Below, piece by piece: positions 38,927-49,188 of a stretch of 64,000 nt of DNA (position 1 is its first letter; each line of letters begins with the position of its first letter). The notes beneath the pieces were generated by a model. The model worked only from the letters and a program-made list of their open reading frames with translations, was not told where the DNA came from and did not search any database. Position numbers and translations under genes: made by a program. The stretch lies in assembly GCA_000432255.1 (NCBI GenBank), contig HF989928.1:17260-81259 (forward strand). The letters run 5' to 3'. This stretch comes from Acholeplasma sp. CAG:878. GTDB taxonomy: Bacteria; Bacillota_I; Bacilli_A; RF39; UBA660.

Positions 38927-39358
38927 GAGGAAGGTTGAAAATAATAGTTGTTAGCAAGCATTGACTGAAAATCTCTATTCTAAAACTAGGAAATTGTTTA
39001 CCAAAGATAAGGTTCCGTGCTCTTAAATATAGATATGAAATCTTATGGCACACTCATTTGTACTCCAGAGATAATCGACACATATAAATATACGGGTTTA
39101 AGAAACTAGTCTTAACACCTCTCAGTTTCCTTGCTCTTTAGTATACCTGATAACAATTTACTATTATAACAAAGAATAAATAATTATTATATATTTTCAC
39201 TGCTGTTTGTGGCTTAAGCAAACGTAGTGAGCGGAAAGGAATGTTTAGAAATATGAATAAAAAGGGATTTATTTTAATAATTCCAACTTGATAAATAAAA
39301 TAATTAATGGTAAAAATGTAATAAAAAGTAAATATATAATTGATTGGAGGAATATTTA

Positions 39359-39727
39359 ATGAAAAACAAAAAAGGATTTACTTTAATTGAACTTATTGGA
39401 GTAATTATATTACTAGGTATTATTGCTTTAATTACCTATCCGATAGTTGGGGCGGTTATCGAAGAAAGTCAACAAAAAGCTTATGAAAAGCAAATTTCAG
39501 AATTAGAAAGGTTAAGTTATACTTGGATAACTAGAAATTTAAACAAATTAACAAAAGATGAAAGCATCGAGTATAAATTAAATTTCAGTGAATTGAATGA
39601 TAGTGGTTTAGTATCATCATCACAAATTATGAGTCCAATTACCGGAGAAAACATCCCAGGTTGCATAATAGTTACCTACGAAGAATCAACTAATAAATTC
39701 ATAGCCAATTACTCAGAATCATGTTAG
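39359..39727 (+). CDS. Prepilin-type N-terminal cleavage/methylation domain protein (pseudopilin-like)
   Basis: MKNKKGFTLIELIGVIILLGIIALI. RBS GGAGG. Confidence 0.8.
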   Translation: MKNKKGFTLIELIGVIILLGIIALITYPIVGAVIEESQQKAYEKQISELERLSYTWITRNLNKLTKDESIEYKLNFSELNDSGLVSSSQIMSPITGENIPGCIIVTYEESTNKFIANYSESC

Positions 39728-39735
39728 GAGAAATT

Positions 39736-40890
39736 ATGGAACAACTTATAGTAATAAAATATGGTGAACTAACAACCAAAAAAGGAAATAGAAATACATT
39801 TATAAATGCACTTAAAAATAATATTAAAAGAGTTTTAGTAAACAATGATTATAACATTATTGCTAATAGAGACCATATATACATTGAAACTAAAGAAATA
39901 GATGATGTATTAAAAAAATTAAAAAAGGTTTGTGGTATTCAAGGTATATTAGTAGCTTATAAAGTAAATACTAATACTGATACTATTAAAGAAGAAGTAT
40001 TAAATATATTAAAAAATATGACATTCAAAACTTTTAAAGTTGAAACCAAAAGAGCTTTAAAAAGTTTTCCAATTAATTCAATGGAATTTAGTCGAATAAT
40101 AGGTGGGCATATTTTAAAAAATATACCTAATATTAATGTAGATGTTCATAAACCTGATGTTTTAGTTAAAATTGAAATTAGAGAAGATACATATATATAT
40201 TTTAACGAAATCAAAGGAATTGGTGGATATCCTGCTGGAATTCAAGGAAAAGGATTATTAATGTTATCTGGTGGGATTGATTCTCCTGTCGCTGGTTATA
40301 TGGCATTAAAAAGAGGAATTGATATTGATTGCTTATATTTTGAATCCCCACCTCATACTAGCTTACAAGCTAAAGAAAAGGTTGTAAAGCTTGCTAGTAT
40401 TTTAAATGAATACAGCGGAAATGTAAGATTATTAGTAGTTCCTTTTACTAAACTTCAGGAAGAAATTTATAAAAACGTTTTAAGTGAATATAACATCACC
40501 ATTTTAAGAAGAATGATGTATAGAATTGCTAGTAGATTAGGATATAAAGTATTGATAAATGGAGAAAGTGTTGGCCAAGTAGCTAGCCAAACTATTGATA
40601 GCATGTATGTTATTAATAGTGTAACCAATTTACCAATAATTAGACCCGTAAGTTGCTTAGATAAACTAGAAATTATTGACATAGCAAAAAAAATTGGAAC
40701 ATACGAAACAAGTATCTTACCATATGAAGATTGTTGTACGATTTTCGTTCCAAAGCATCCTGTAATTAATCCTAAAATAGAAAAATGTTTATTATATGAA
40801 AATTTTTCTTATGAAGATTTAATCGAAGAATGTATCAATAATATAGAAATTATAGACAATTTTAATAAAAAGTATACAAATTATTTATAA
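39736..40890 (+). CDS. thiI: tRNA 4-thiouridine(8) synthase ThiI
   Basis: MEQLIVIKYGELTTKKGNR (THUMP region). LMLSGGIDSPVAGY PP-loop. Confidence 0.93.
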   Translation: MEQLIVIKYGELTTKKGNRNTFINALKNNIKRVLVNNDYNIIANRDHIYIETKEIDDVLKKLKKVCGIQGILVAYKVNTNTDTIKEEVLNILKNMTFKTFKVETKRALKSFPINSMEFSRIIGGHILKNIPNINVDVHKPDVLVKIEIREDTYIYFNEIKGIGGYPAGIQGKGLLMLSGGIDSPVAGYMALKRGIDIDCLYFESPPHTSLQAKEKVVKLASILNEYSGNVRLLVVPFTKLQEEIYKNVLSEYNITILRRMMYRIASRLGYKVLINGESVGQVASQTIDSMYVINSVTNLPIIRPVSCLDKLEIIDIAKKIGTYETSILPYEDCCTIFVPKHPVINPKIEKCLLYENFSYEDLIEECINNIEIIDNFNKKYTNYL

Positions 40891-40904
40891 CCATTTATTA
40901 CCAT

Positions 40905-40933
40905 GTATTAAATTACCTAAAGTACGCAAGATA
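40905..40933 (+). promoter_or_regulatory. Candidate forespore (sigma-G/F type) promoter of SASP gene 1
   Basis: GTATT-17 nt-CAAGATA, with the same architecture upstream of the second SASP gene. Resembles the GHATR-N17/18-CATxxTA consensus. Confidence 0.4.
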
Positions 40934-40955
40934 TTAGTGTACAGGAGGTGAGTAC

Positions 40956-41159
40956 ATGAATAAATCAACTAATAAGATGGTTGTACCAGGAGCTAAACAA
41001 GCTATCGATAGAATGAAATATGAAATAGCTAACGAATTTGGTGTTAATTTAGGACCAGATGCTACAAGTCGTGCTAACGGAAGTGTTGGTGGAGAAATCA
41101 CTAAAAGATTAGTTCAAATGGGTGAACAACATCTAGGAGGTAGCTTTCAAGCTAAATAA
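40956..41159 (+). CDS. ssp: Alpha/beta-type small acid-soluble spore protein
   Basis: [33 protein letters not shown] signature. Next to thiI, as sspA is in B. subtilis. Confidence 0.95.
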   Translation: MNKSTNKMVVPGAKQAIDRMKYEIANEFGVNLGPDATSRANGSVGGEITKRLVQMGEQHLGGSFQAK

Positions 41160-41166
41160 TTAAAAT

Positions 41167-41191
41167 AGATAGCAAATTCTGCTATCTTTTT
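41167..41191 (+). terminator. Rho-independent terminator
   Basis: AGATAGCA-aattc-TGCTATCT followed by TTTT. Confidence 0.75.
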
Positions 41192-41206
41192 AGTTATTAT
41201 TGTCAT

Positions 41207-41235
41207 GTATTTAAATTATTCTTTTGCCCAAAATA
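41207..41235 (+). promoter_or_regulatory. Candidate forespore (sigma-G/F type) promoter of SASP gene 2
   Basis: GTATT-17 nt-CAAAATA. Confidence 0.4.
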
Positions 41236-41255
41236 ATAATAAAGGTGGTGAGATA

Positions 41256-41450
41256 ATGAATAAATTAATAACACCAAACTCTAAAAAAGCATTAGAAAAT
41301 TTAAAATATGAAATTGCTAAAGAGTTAAATATTAATTTAGGTGCTGACCAAACATCAAGACTAAATGGAACAGTTGGTGGCAACATGACAAAAAGATTAG
41401 TCGAGTTAGGACGCGAATACTACTCTAAAACAGAATCTACTAGTCCATAG
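41256..41450 (+). CDS. ssp: Alpha/beta-type small acid-soluble spore protein
   Basis: [52 protein letters not shown] at 41256 follows AAAGGTGGTGA. Confidence 0.92.
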   Translation: MNKLITPNSKKALENLKYEIAKELNINLGADQTSRLNGTVGGNMTKRLVELGREYYSKTESTSP

Positions 41451-41989
41451 TTTAACGCTTCATCTGCCGATAGAAAATAATCTCTTTCTGTGTCATGCTC
41501 AATTATTTCTAAACTTTTGTTAGTGTTTCTAGCTAATATGTTATTTAATTTAGATTTAAGACGTAAAATTCGTTCAGCTGCTATTTTAATTTCTGTTGCT
41601 TGACCACTAGCTCCTCCTAAAGGCTGATGTATCATAACTTCACTATTTGGCAAACAAGAACGTTTGCCTTTTGTGCCACAAGAAAGTAAGAATGCCCCCA
41701 TTGAAGCTGCCATTCCTAAGCAAATTGTACAAACATCAGATTTAATAAAATTCATCGTATCATATATAGCAAATCCTGCTGTAATGCTCCCACCAGGTGA
41801 ATTTATGTATAAACTAATATCATCATGATTAATTGAATCTAAATATAGTAATTGAGCAACTACAATATTCGCACTATCATCAGTTATTTCTCCTGTTAAA
41901 ATAATTATCCTATCCTTTAATAATCTTGAATATATATCATAAGCTCTCTCACCTAAACTACTCTTTTCTATAACAGTTGGTATAAGCAT
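41420..41989 (-). CDS. clpP: ATP-dependent Clp protease proteolytic subunit
   Basis: [11 protein letters not shown] (Ser), MIHQPLGG (His), [10 protein letters not shown]. Confidence 0.96.
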   Translation of the reverse strand: MLIPTVIEKSSLGERAYDIYSRLLKDRIIILTGEITDDSANIVVAQLLYLDSINHDDISLYINSPGGSITAGFAIYDTMNFIKSDVCTICLGMAASMGAFLLSCGTKGKRSCLPNSEVMIHQPLGGASGQATEIKIAAERILRLKSKLNNILARNTNKSLEIIEHDTERDYFLSADEALNYGLVDSVLE

Positions 41990-42098
41990 AAAATCATCTC
42001 CTCTTTTATATAATAGTTAATAGATTGTATTTTATTCATTAAAATAAATGACAAATTTTTATTTTTTTGATATAATCAAAAAGAATAGGAGTGTACAA

Positions 42099-43748
42099 AT
42101 GATAAAAGTTACATATAAAGACAATATTTATGAATATCCAGAAGGAATACTTTTATACGATATTGCAAAAGATTTTGAAAAAGATTTTAAATATCCAATA
42201 TTGATAGCTAAGGTTGATAATCAAATCGAAGAACTAAGCAAAACTTTAGAAAAAAGATGTAATATCGATTTTTATGATAGAACTAGTATACCTGGCAATT
42301 CAAGTTATTCAAGAGCTGTTCATTTCTTAATGTTAGTTGCTTTCAAACATATTTTAGGTAATGACGCTGATGTTAAAATAGAGCATTCAATTGATAAAGG
42401 TGTTTACTGTACATCACTAAATAAAGAAATAAATGAAAAAATTATTTTAGATGTTGAAAACGAAATGAAAAAAATGGTTTCAATTGATTATAAATATGTA
42501 GAATTAAGTGTTTCAAGAAGAGATGCAATAAAATTTTATAAGAAAAAAAATCAACTTGATAAAGCTGAAGTTTTAAAATATATAAGCAACACATATGTTA
42601 ACTTATATAGACTAGATGAATATTACGATTATTTCTTCAGTGAACTACCATATAGTACATGTGATGTTGATTCTTTTAAATTAACATATATTAAAGAAAA
42701 CGGATTTGTATTAAGTTATCCTAATATCCACAACCCAGAAAAAACTGTTCCTTATACTCATCATGAAATGTTATTTGAAGCATTTAAAGAGTATACAAAA
42801 ATGGGAAAAACATTTGGTATTTCTACGGCCGCTGATTTAAATGAAATAGTATCAACTGGTAAATACAACGATATAATAATGTTAGCAGAAGCTAGATACA
42901 ATAGCCAATTATCAAATGTTGCTAATAGAATATATGATAAGAAAGGAAAGACTAAAATCATTTTATTGGCTGGACCTTCATCTAGTGGTAAAACTACAAC
43001 GTCTAAAAAATTAGAAATTTATTTAAAAGCTAAAGGGTTTAAAACTCATAGTCTATCAATAGACGATTACTTTTTAGATAGAGAAAAAACGCCTAAATTA
43101 CCAAATGGTGATTATGATTTTGAATCTATTAGAGCAATTGATATTGATAAGTTTAATGAAGATTTAATTAAACTATTAAATGGGGTTAAAGTAAATATTC
43201 CAACATTTAATTTTATAACTGGAAAAAGAGAATACAAGAAGAATTATCTTCAATTAAGTGAAGATGATATTATCATAATTGAAGGATTACATGCTTTAAA
43301 TGATGAGTTAACTAAAGAAATAGATGACTCTTTAAAATTTAAAATATATATTAGTCCACTAACTCAATTAAACATTGATAACCATAATAGAGTTCATACT
43401 TCTGATACAAGGAGATTAAGAAGAATTGTAAGAGATAATAAATATCGTGGATATAATGCCAGTGATACTCTAAAGAGTTGGGGAAATATATTAGATGGTG
43501 AAGAAAAATATGTTTTTCCATATCAAGATAAAGCCGATGTAATAATCAATTCTGCTTTAATTTATGAATTAGGTGTTTTAAAAACATATGCTGAACCTTT
43601 ATTATTTTCAGTACATGAAGATGATGAAGTTTACCCAGAAGCAATTAGATTAATTAATTTTTTAAGAAATTTTTTACCTATACCAAGTGATGATATACCA
43701 AAAGAATCACTATTAAGAGAATTTATTGGTGGTAGTATTTTTAATTAA
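42099..43748 (+). CDS. TGS / ThrRS-N-like domain fused to uridine-kinase-family P-loop nucleoside kinase
   Basis: MIKVTYKDNIYEYPEGILLYDIA (TGS-like). LLAGPSSSGKTTTSKKL Walker A. IIIIEGLHALND. Confidence 0.75.
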   Translation: MIKVTYKDNIYEYPEGILLYDIAKDFEKDFKYPILIAKVDNQIEELSKTLEKRCNIDFYDRTSIPGNSSYSRAVHFLMLVAFKHILGNDADVKIEHSIDKGVYCTSLNKEINEKIILDVENEMKKMVSIDYKYVELSVSRRDAIKFYKKKNQLDKAEVLKYISNTYVNLYRLDEYYDYFFSELPYSTCDVDSFKLTYIKENGFVLSYPNIHNPEKTVPYTHHEMLFEAFKEYTKMGKTFGISTAADLNEIVSTGKYNDIIMLAEARYNSQLSNVANRIYDKKGKTKIILLAGPSSSGKTTTSKKLEIYLKAKGFKTHSLSIDDYFLDREKTPKLPNGDYDFESIRAIDIDKFNEDLIKLLNGVKVNIPTFNFITGKREYKKNYLQLSEDDIIIIEGLHALNDELTKEIDDSLKFKIYISPLTQLNIDNHNRVHTSDTRRLRRIVRDNKYRGYNASDTLKSWGNILDGEEKYVFPYQDKADVIINSALIYELGVLKTYAEPLLFSVHEDDEVYPEAIRLINFLRNFLPIPSDDIPKESLLREFIGGSIFN

Positions 43749-43762
43749 GGAAGGAAGATAAT

Positions 43763-44767
43763 ATGATAAAAGTTGCAATTAATGGATTTGGTAGAATCGG
43801 AAGATTAGTATTTAGAATTATGGAAGAAAGTAATGATTTTGAGGTTGTAGCAATCAATGACTTAACTGATGCTTGCCAATTAGCTTACCTTTTAAAGTAT
43901 GATTCTAATCATAGAAATTATAAAAGTGAAGTTTCTTTTGACGAAAACAATTTAATCGTAAATGGTAAAAAAATTAGAGTTTTTGCTGAAACCGACCCTA
44001 ATAAATTGCCATGGAAAGATTTAGAAATTGATCAAGTATTCGAATGTACTGGTAGATTTACTAGCTTAGATGGTGCAATGAGCCACATAAATGCAGGAGC
44101 AAAACATGTTATTATATCTGCTCCTGGTAAAGGCGATATGAAAACTATTGTTTATAATGTAAATGAAAATATATTAGATGGTAGTGAAAAAATTATTTCA
44201 GCTGCATCTTGTACAACTAATTGCCTAGCGCCAGTTGTAAATGTTATAAACAGAGAATTTGGCATTGTTAAAGGTTATATGACAACAGTTCATGCTTATA
44301 CAAATGATCAAGTGATTCTAGATGTTGCCCATAAAAAAGGAATAAAAGCCAGAAGAGGTCGTGCTGGAGGAATAAATATTATTCCATCTAGTACAGGAGC
44401 CGCTAGTGCTCTTGGTTTAGTAATACCATCTCTAAAAGGAAAAATGGATGGAAATGCCTTAAGAGTTCCTGTTCCAACTGGTTCTATCGTAGATTTAACA
44501 CTAGAATTAGAAAAAAATGTAACTGTTGAAGAAATCAATGATACTTTCATTAAAAATAGCAATGATACTCTTCAATTTACATATGACCCAATTGTATCAA
44601 GCGATATTATTGGTTCAAGCTGTGGAGCTTTAGTTGATGGATTATTAACTGATGTATTAGAGGTGGATGGAAAACAATTAGTAAAAATTGTTGCGTGGTA
44701 CGATAATGAAATGGGATATTCTTATCAGATGGTAAGAACAGCTAAATATTTAGGTAGCAAAGAATAA
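43763..44767 (+). CDS. gap: Glyceraldehyde-3-phosphate dehydrogenase
   Basis: INGFGRIGR, ASCTTNCLAP, WYDNEMGYS. Confidence 0.97.
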   Translation: MIKVAINGFGRIGRLVFRIMEESNDFEVVAINDLTDACQLAYLLKYDSNHRNYKSEVSFDENNLIVNGKKIRVFAETDPNKLPWKDLEIDQVFECTGRFTSLDGAMSHINAGAKHVIISAPGKGDMKTIVYNVNENILDGSEKIISAASCTTNCLAPVVNVINREFGIVKGYMTTVHAYTNDQVILDVAHKKGIKARRGRAGGINIIPSSTGAASALGLVIPSLKGKMDGNALRVPVPTGSIVDLTLELEKNVTVEEINDTFIKNSNDTLQFTYDPIVSSDIIGSSCGALVDGLLTDVLEVDGKQLVKIVAWYDNEMGYSYQMVRTAKYLGSKE

Positions 44768-44782
44768 AATCTTTGCTTTTTT
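44756..44782 (+). terminator. Rho-independent terminator after gap
   Basis: AGCAAAG-N8-CTTTGCT followed by TTTTT. Confidence 0.65.
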
Positions 44783-44858
44783 GTTTATTTTACACTTTTA
44801 AATGTGAAATAATCTTGTTAAAATTTAAAAAATATTATACAATATAATTGGTGATGAT

Positions 44859-47024
44859 ATGAAAAATCGTGGTTTTACTTTAATTGAAATGATAGCTATT
44901 GTTACAATATTGGTTGCAATATCACTAATAGTTGCACCTGCTATTATAAATACAATAAATGATAAAAGTGGAAAACAAAAAGAAGCTTATTTAAATAACA
45001 TTTACATAGCCGCTGAAAATTACATGTTAAATGAAGATGGCGCTAAAGATGATTTAATTAAATCAAAAAGATATTTCATAACATTAGATGATTTAATTAG
45101 AAATAACTATATTGGTAGTGATGTTCTTAACACAACTTATTTTAAAATTAATTCAAGCACAAAAGTTTCTGTTATTGTTAATAATGATGGAACATGGAGA
45201 TATGAGTTTCCATCATCCGGATTTGATGGACCTGCTGAAATAGTATTTTCAGTTGATGCAGGTACAATTAACTCTAACGGCTGGGCAAAAAATGATTTTA
45301 ATGTTACTGTTGTAGGAAATAATATATTGAATTATGTCTACTGCACAGGTAGTACTAATTGTATTCCTGATATTACAAAAAAAGCTAGAGATAACAAAAT
45401 AAGAATTTCTAATGAAGGTACAACTTATGTATGTGCGAAAGGAACAAATGATGCTGAAGAAACTGATGTCATTTGTGAAAGTTATAAACTGGACAAGACT
45501 GCTCCAACTATTGGTACTCTTAATGTAAATGGAAATAGAGGACTAAACGATTGGTTCGTTGGTGATGTTACTATTTCATATACAAATTCAACTGATGAGT
45601 TAAGTGGAATGGATACTAATATATTAAATCCTAGCGCTACAAAAGTAACTACTGACACAGCCGGAACAACATATACCTTAACTGCTAAAGATAAAGCTGG
45701 AAATACTAGTCAAGTTAGTTATGTTGTTAAAAGAGATACAAAAGCACCAAACGTTGGTAAGGCCTTGTTTAATGGTTTAGAATATGATGCAAATAAGTGG
45801 TTCAATTCTAATGTAACGGTTAGTGTAGTAAATGGTAGTGATAGTACATCTGGTCATTTCACAACTACAACCGATGTAAGTACAGTAACTAACCAAGGTA
45901 GTGTTAATAAAGTAGTATTAACAACAACTGATAAAGCTGGAAATACAAGCACAAGGGGATACAATATTAAATTAGATAAAAAAGCCCCTACAATTACAGC
46001 TAGATATTCATCGATTACCGTTGGGGATATTATTGAAACAAATGTATCTGATTTATTCACTGCAACATATTCAATTAGCGGTGGTAGTATGAAATGCGAT
46101 GTTGAAAAAACCACTGATGTTAGAGGAATACATAACCCACTTAAATGTACTGCTACTGGAGGAAATGGATTATCATCAACGGCAAGCATAAAAGTAATCA
46201 ATCCATTAATTGGTATTACTATTGCATCTGTTCCTACTAAAGTAGATTACAAAGTCGGTGAAGCATTTGATAAAACAGGAATGGTTGTTGAAGCAATTTA
46301 TACAGATGGATCAATAGCAAACGTAACAGGATACACAACAAGTATGGAAAGTAGCTCAACAGATGATAAAAACAATCAAATGAGTACTCCATATGGTATA
46401 AATAACCTTAGACCAGGAAAAGAACAAACAGTAACGATTTCATATACCGAAAATGGAATTACAAAAACTGCCACTACTAAAATTAATACATATATATATG
46501 GAGACCAAATTTCTAATTTAACAATAGCACTTAAAAACTATGGTATTGAACAAGTAACAAGTTGGGTATATGTAGGGGACCCTGGATATACTAACCCAAT
46601 AAGTACTGGTACTTATAATACTAACAACAATCCATATGCTCATTATACTCTTGGAACAAGTTATATTCAAACAACAACTAAACAAAGTGGATACAATGCT
46701 GTTGTAAACTATAACTTATATGTTAAATTAAAAGATGGCTCATATTGGTTCCCAGGTAATTACGAAAAGAATGTCAATTATTCACTTACAGTTGGCCATG
46801 AAATAGTAAATAGAGGTTATGGTAGTATGAAATGGGTTGGAAATGTAGGAGCAAATGAATTTAGTGGTAAAAGCCAAGTTATGACTAAAACTATAACTAG
46901 TCTAGGTGATGGTAGTATAAGTATTGCTAGTTCTAGTGGAACTCCAACAATTAAACAAACATTCTCAAACTTCAAAGTAAATAATAATTCTATTCCTCTT
47001 GTATTTATAGAAATGGGAGGTTAA
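44859..47024 (+). CDS. Giant prepilin-signal protein: pilin N-terminus + 3 Ig-like repeats + Big_3-like domain + C-terminal domain (pilin-adhesin fusion)
   Basis: MKNRGFTLIEMIAIVTILVAISL. Repeats start DKTAPTIG (about 45491), DTKAPNVG (about 45733) and DKKAPTIT (about 45974), each containing KDKAGNTS. ITIASVPTKVDYKVGEAFDKTGMVVEAIYTDGS is a Big_3-type module. Confidence 0.8.
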   Translation: MKNRGFTLIEMIAIVTILVAISLIVAPAIINTINDKSGKQKEAYLNNIYIAAENYMLNEDGAKDDLIKSKRYFITLDDLIRNNYIGSDVLNTTYFKINSSTKVSVIVNNDGTWRYEFPSSGFDGPAEIVFSVDAGTINSNGWAKNDFNVTVVGNNILNYVYCTGSTNCIPDITKKARDNKIRISNEGTTYVCAKGTNDAEETDVICESYKLDKTAPTIGTLNVNGNRGLNDWFVGDVTISYTNSTDELSGMDTNILNPSATKVTTDTAGTTYTLTAKDKAGNTSQVSYVVKRDTKAPNVGKALFNGLEYDANKWFNSNVTVSVVNGSDSTSGHFTTTTDVSTVTNQGSVNKVVLTTTDKAGNTSTRGYNIKLDKKAPTITARYSSITVGDIIETNVSDLFTATYSISGGSMKCDVEKTTDVRGIHNPLKCTATGGNGLSSTASIKVINPLIGITIASVPTKVDYKVGEAFDKTGMVVEAIYTDGSIANVTGYTTSMESSSTDDKNNQMSTPYGINNLRPGKEQTVTISYTENGITKTATTKINTYIYGDQISNLTIALKNYGIEQVTSWVYVGDPGYTNPISTGTYNTNNNPYAHYTLGTSYIQTTTKQSGYNAVVNYNLYVKLKDGSYWFPGNYEKNVNYSLTVGHEIVNRGYGSMKWVGNVGANEFSGKSQVMTKTITSLGDGSISIASSSGTPTIKQTFSNFKVNNNSIPLVFIEMGG

Positions 47025-47030
47025 TAAAAA

Positions 47031-47094
47031 CTGATTGATTAATTGAACTGAACCCCAAAAGTGAACTGAATAATAATCAATCAGTTCTTTTTTT
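47031..47094 (+). terminator. Terminator (11-bp stem, large loop) after the giant pilin gene
   Basis: CTGATTGATTA-N32-TAATCAATCAG followed by TTCTTTTTTT. Confidence 0.55.
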
Positions 47095-47095
47095 A

Positions 47096-47122
47096 AACTA
47101 AAAATCCCAACAATTGGGATTT
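47096..47122 (-). terminator. Terminator at the end of ezrA
   Basis: AAATCCCAA-caa-TTGGGATTT overlapping the ezrA stop. Confidence 0.6.
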
Positions 47123-48830
47123 ATTTTTCATAGAAACTTAATAACTTATTATAAATACCTGGTTCCACTTTATTAAGTGTATTAATACTTAACTCTAATG
47201 ATTTTTGATAATCGCCCTTATAAAATAATAATTCACAATAAGTTAAGTTCTTATTTATTTCATCTGATAAAACTCTATACCTATTTCCATAAACAATAGC
47301 CATTTCAGCAAACATAGCTGTTTTCATCATTTCTTTGGTCTTAGTATATAATTTTAAAACTAAATCACGAGCAGTATCTACCCTAGTATTTAAAACACTG
47401 ATGGTTATTGGTTTTTTTTCAAGTTCATTTACAATTTCTCTAATCGCACTACTAGCTTCATTTAATTCAATGTAATAACTTTTAGGAATTAATGGCAAAT
47501 TGTATTCTTTAATTTTATTTTTTGAATCTTTTAATATGTTTTTAACTTCTTCTAATTGTTGACGAGCTCTAACCTCATCTTCTCTCATACTACCAAGCGC
47601 ATCTAATGAATTATCTAATTTATCTTCTATATTAGCTAATCTAACACTTAATCCTTCTATTTCATGAGTTAATTTAGAATATGCAAATGTTTTATTTCCA
47701 GTATGAGAAATTAAAACATTATAATCATCGTTTAAAGTTTTTAAATCTTTATCGATTTGTTCTAATAATAAAACATCTTCATTAGATAAATTGTAAACAT
47801 TTTTGATATCATCAATTTGTGATAAAATGTCAGTTATTAAACCATTAATTTTGTTTAATCTTACCTTAAAATTATCTACTAAATCTTCGTAATCTTTACG
47901 GTGATTTTTTTCTTTTTCAAAATCTATAAATAATGAATCAAAATAATCTAATAATACTTTTAATTCAAAAAGACAATCTTCTAAATTTAATACTCTAGTC
48001 CTATTTATAACATCTTCTAATTTTTTATTGGCTTCATCAATGTTGTATTCAACATTTAAATAATCCAATGGATAACCTTCTTTAGTCATTTTTTGATACA
48101 TTTCTTTTATTTCTTTTATTTTTGAAGGAATTATATTATAAGCCATCAATACAACTGATGGAACTTCATCAATCACTAATTTCATATGTTTTAACATCTC
48201 ATCAATTGATTTAATTATTTGTGTTACTTCATTATAATCATTATTGTCCATAGCATTTTCAAACATTTCAAATCTTTTAGCAATATTTTCAAATTGAAGT
48301 GATACAGAATTAGATATTTCTCCATATTCTGCTTTATTTTGATTATATTTTTCAAATAATTCACGATAATCAGATTTTAATTTAGTAATAATTGCTCTAT
48401 TTCTTTCATCACTTGTTGTGATTTCTTTTATTTGTTCTAATAAATGATCAGCAGTATTTTTAACCTTATAAATTTCCATTTCAAGTTTTGCAGTTTTATA
48501 TAAAACTGAGCGATAATCTTGTTGTGATAGAGAATATTCTGCTTCTAATAACATATCAGTTAGTTTTGGTATTTTATTATTTTTAATGTCGTCAAATTGC
48601 TTTTGCCATTCGTTAAAACTTTCTTCTAATTTGTCATTTTTTACTATTGATTTAATTTTTGAAATTTCTGATAAAATTGGTGTACTATCAATAACATTTT
48701 TTTCAACCTCTAAATTATCTAAAACTTTACGATATTTCTTATTTTTTAATCCTTGAATAAGGTTTAAAACCAAAACAATAGCTAATACAGTTATTATATA
48801 AATTGTAATAGCAACAATTGTGTAGTTCAT
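47121..48830 (-). CDS. ezrA: Septation ring formation regulator EzrA
   Basis: N-terminal TM helix, about 530 aa of coiled coil, and a conserved C-terminal GNRYR patch (IVYGNRYRVLSDEINKNL). Confidence 0.88.
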   Translation of the reverse strand: MNYTIVAITIYIITVLAIVLVLNLIQGLKNKKYRKVLDNLEVEKNVIDSTPILSEISKIKSIVKNDKLEESFNEWQKQFDDIKNNKIPKLTDMLLEAEYSLSQQDYRSVLYKTAKLEMEIYKVKNTADHLLEQIKEITTSDERNRAIITKLKSDYRELFEKYNQNKAEYGEISNSVSLQFENIAKRFEMFENAMDNNDYNEVTQIIKSIDEMLKHMKLVIDEVPSVVLMAYNIIPSKIKEIKEMYQKMTKEGYPLDYLNVEYNIDEANKKLEDVINRTRVLNLEDCLFELKVLLDYFDSLFIDFEKEKNHRKDYEDLVDNFKVRLNKINGLITDILSQIDDIKNVYNLSNEDVLLLEQIDKDLKTLNDDYNVLISHTGNKTFAYSKLTHEIEGLSVRLANIEDKLDNSLDALGSMREDEVRARQQLEEVKNILKDSKNKIKEYNLPLIPKSYYIELNEASSAIREIVNELEKKPITISVLNTRVDTARDLVLKLYTKTKEMMKTAMFAEMAIVYGNRYRVLSDEINKNLTYCELLFYKGDYQKSLELSINTLNKVEPGIYNKLLSFYEK

Positions 48831-48997
48831 CTTGACTCACCTCATAACATAATTTTATCATAAAATTCGACATTTTAATACAAAAATAGTTAAATTTATA
48901 TATGAATTTTTTGATTAATAATTTTCTATAAAACAAATAAATTAAAAATATAAATTATTTTATTACATAAAATATTTAATTTTATTGGATTTTGTTC

Positions 48998-49026
48998 TTG
49001 ACTTATGTTTCAATGCATAATATAAT
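48998..49026 (+). promoter_or_regulatory. Consensus sigma-A promoter of rpsD
   Basis: TTGACT-17 nt-TATAAT. Confidence 0.7.
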
Positions 49027-49032
49027 TATAAG

Positions 49033-49188
49033 TGCGATGCATCTAGCAGCGTCAATTAGAATTTTGTAATGTGTTGTTACCTTTAAGGGGTTATTACTTA
49101 AAATAGCTGCAAGTGGTAATATTTAAATTTAACACCCTATAAAATGACTTATTGACCTTTTGATGCTAAAGAGAAAGGAGAGAAATAG
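49033..49188 (+). promoter_or_regulatory. rpsD 5' leader (candidate S4 autoregulatory region)
   Basis: About 155-nt untranslated leader between the promoter and the RBS AAAGGAGAG. S4 autoregulates rpsD via its leader in B. subtilis. Structure not modelled here. Confidence 0.35.

Noticed and set aside
38927-39358. TPP (THI-box) riboswitch upstream of the pilin-thiI pair, suggested by CCAGAGATAAT and ACCTGATAAC strings.
   Set aside because: The obligatory GGGGUGC / CUGAGA / ACCCUU...AGGGA elements are absent, so the resemblance is superficial.
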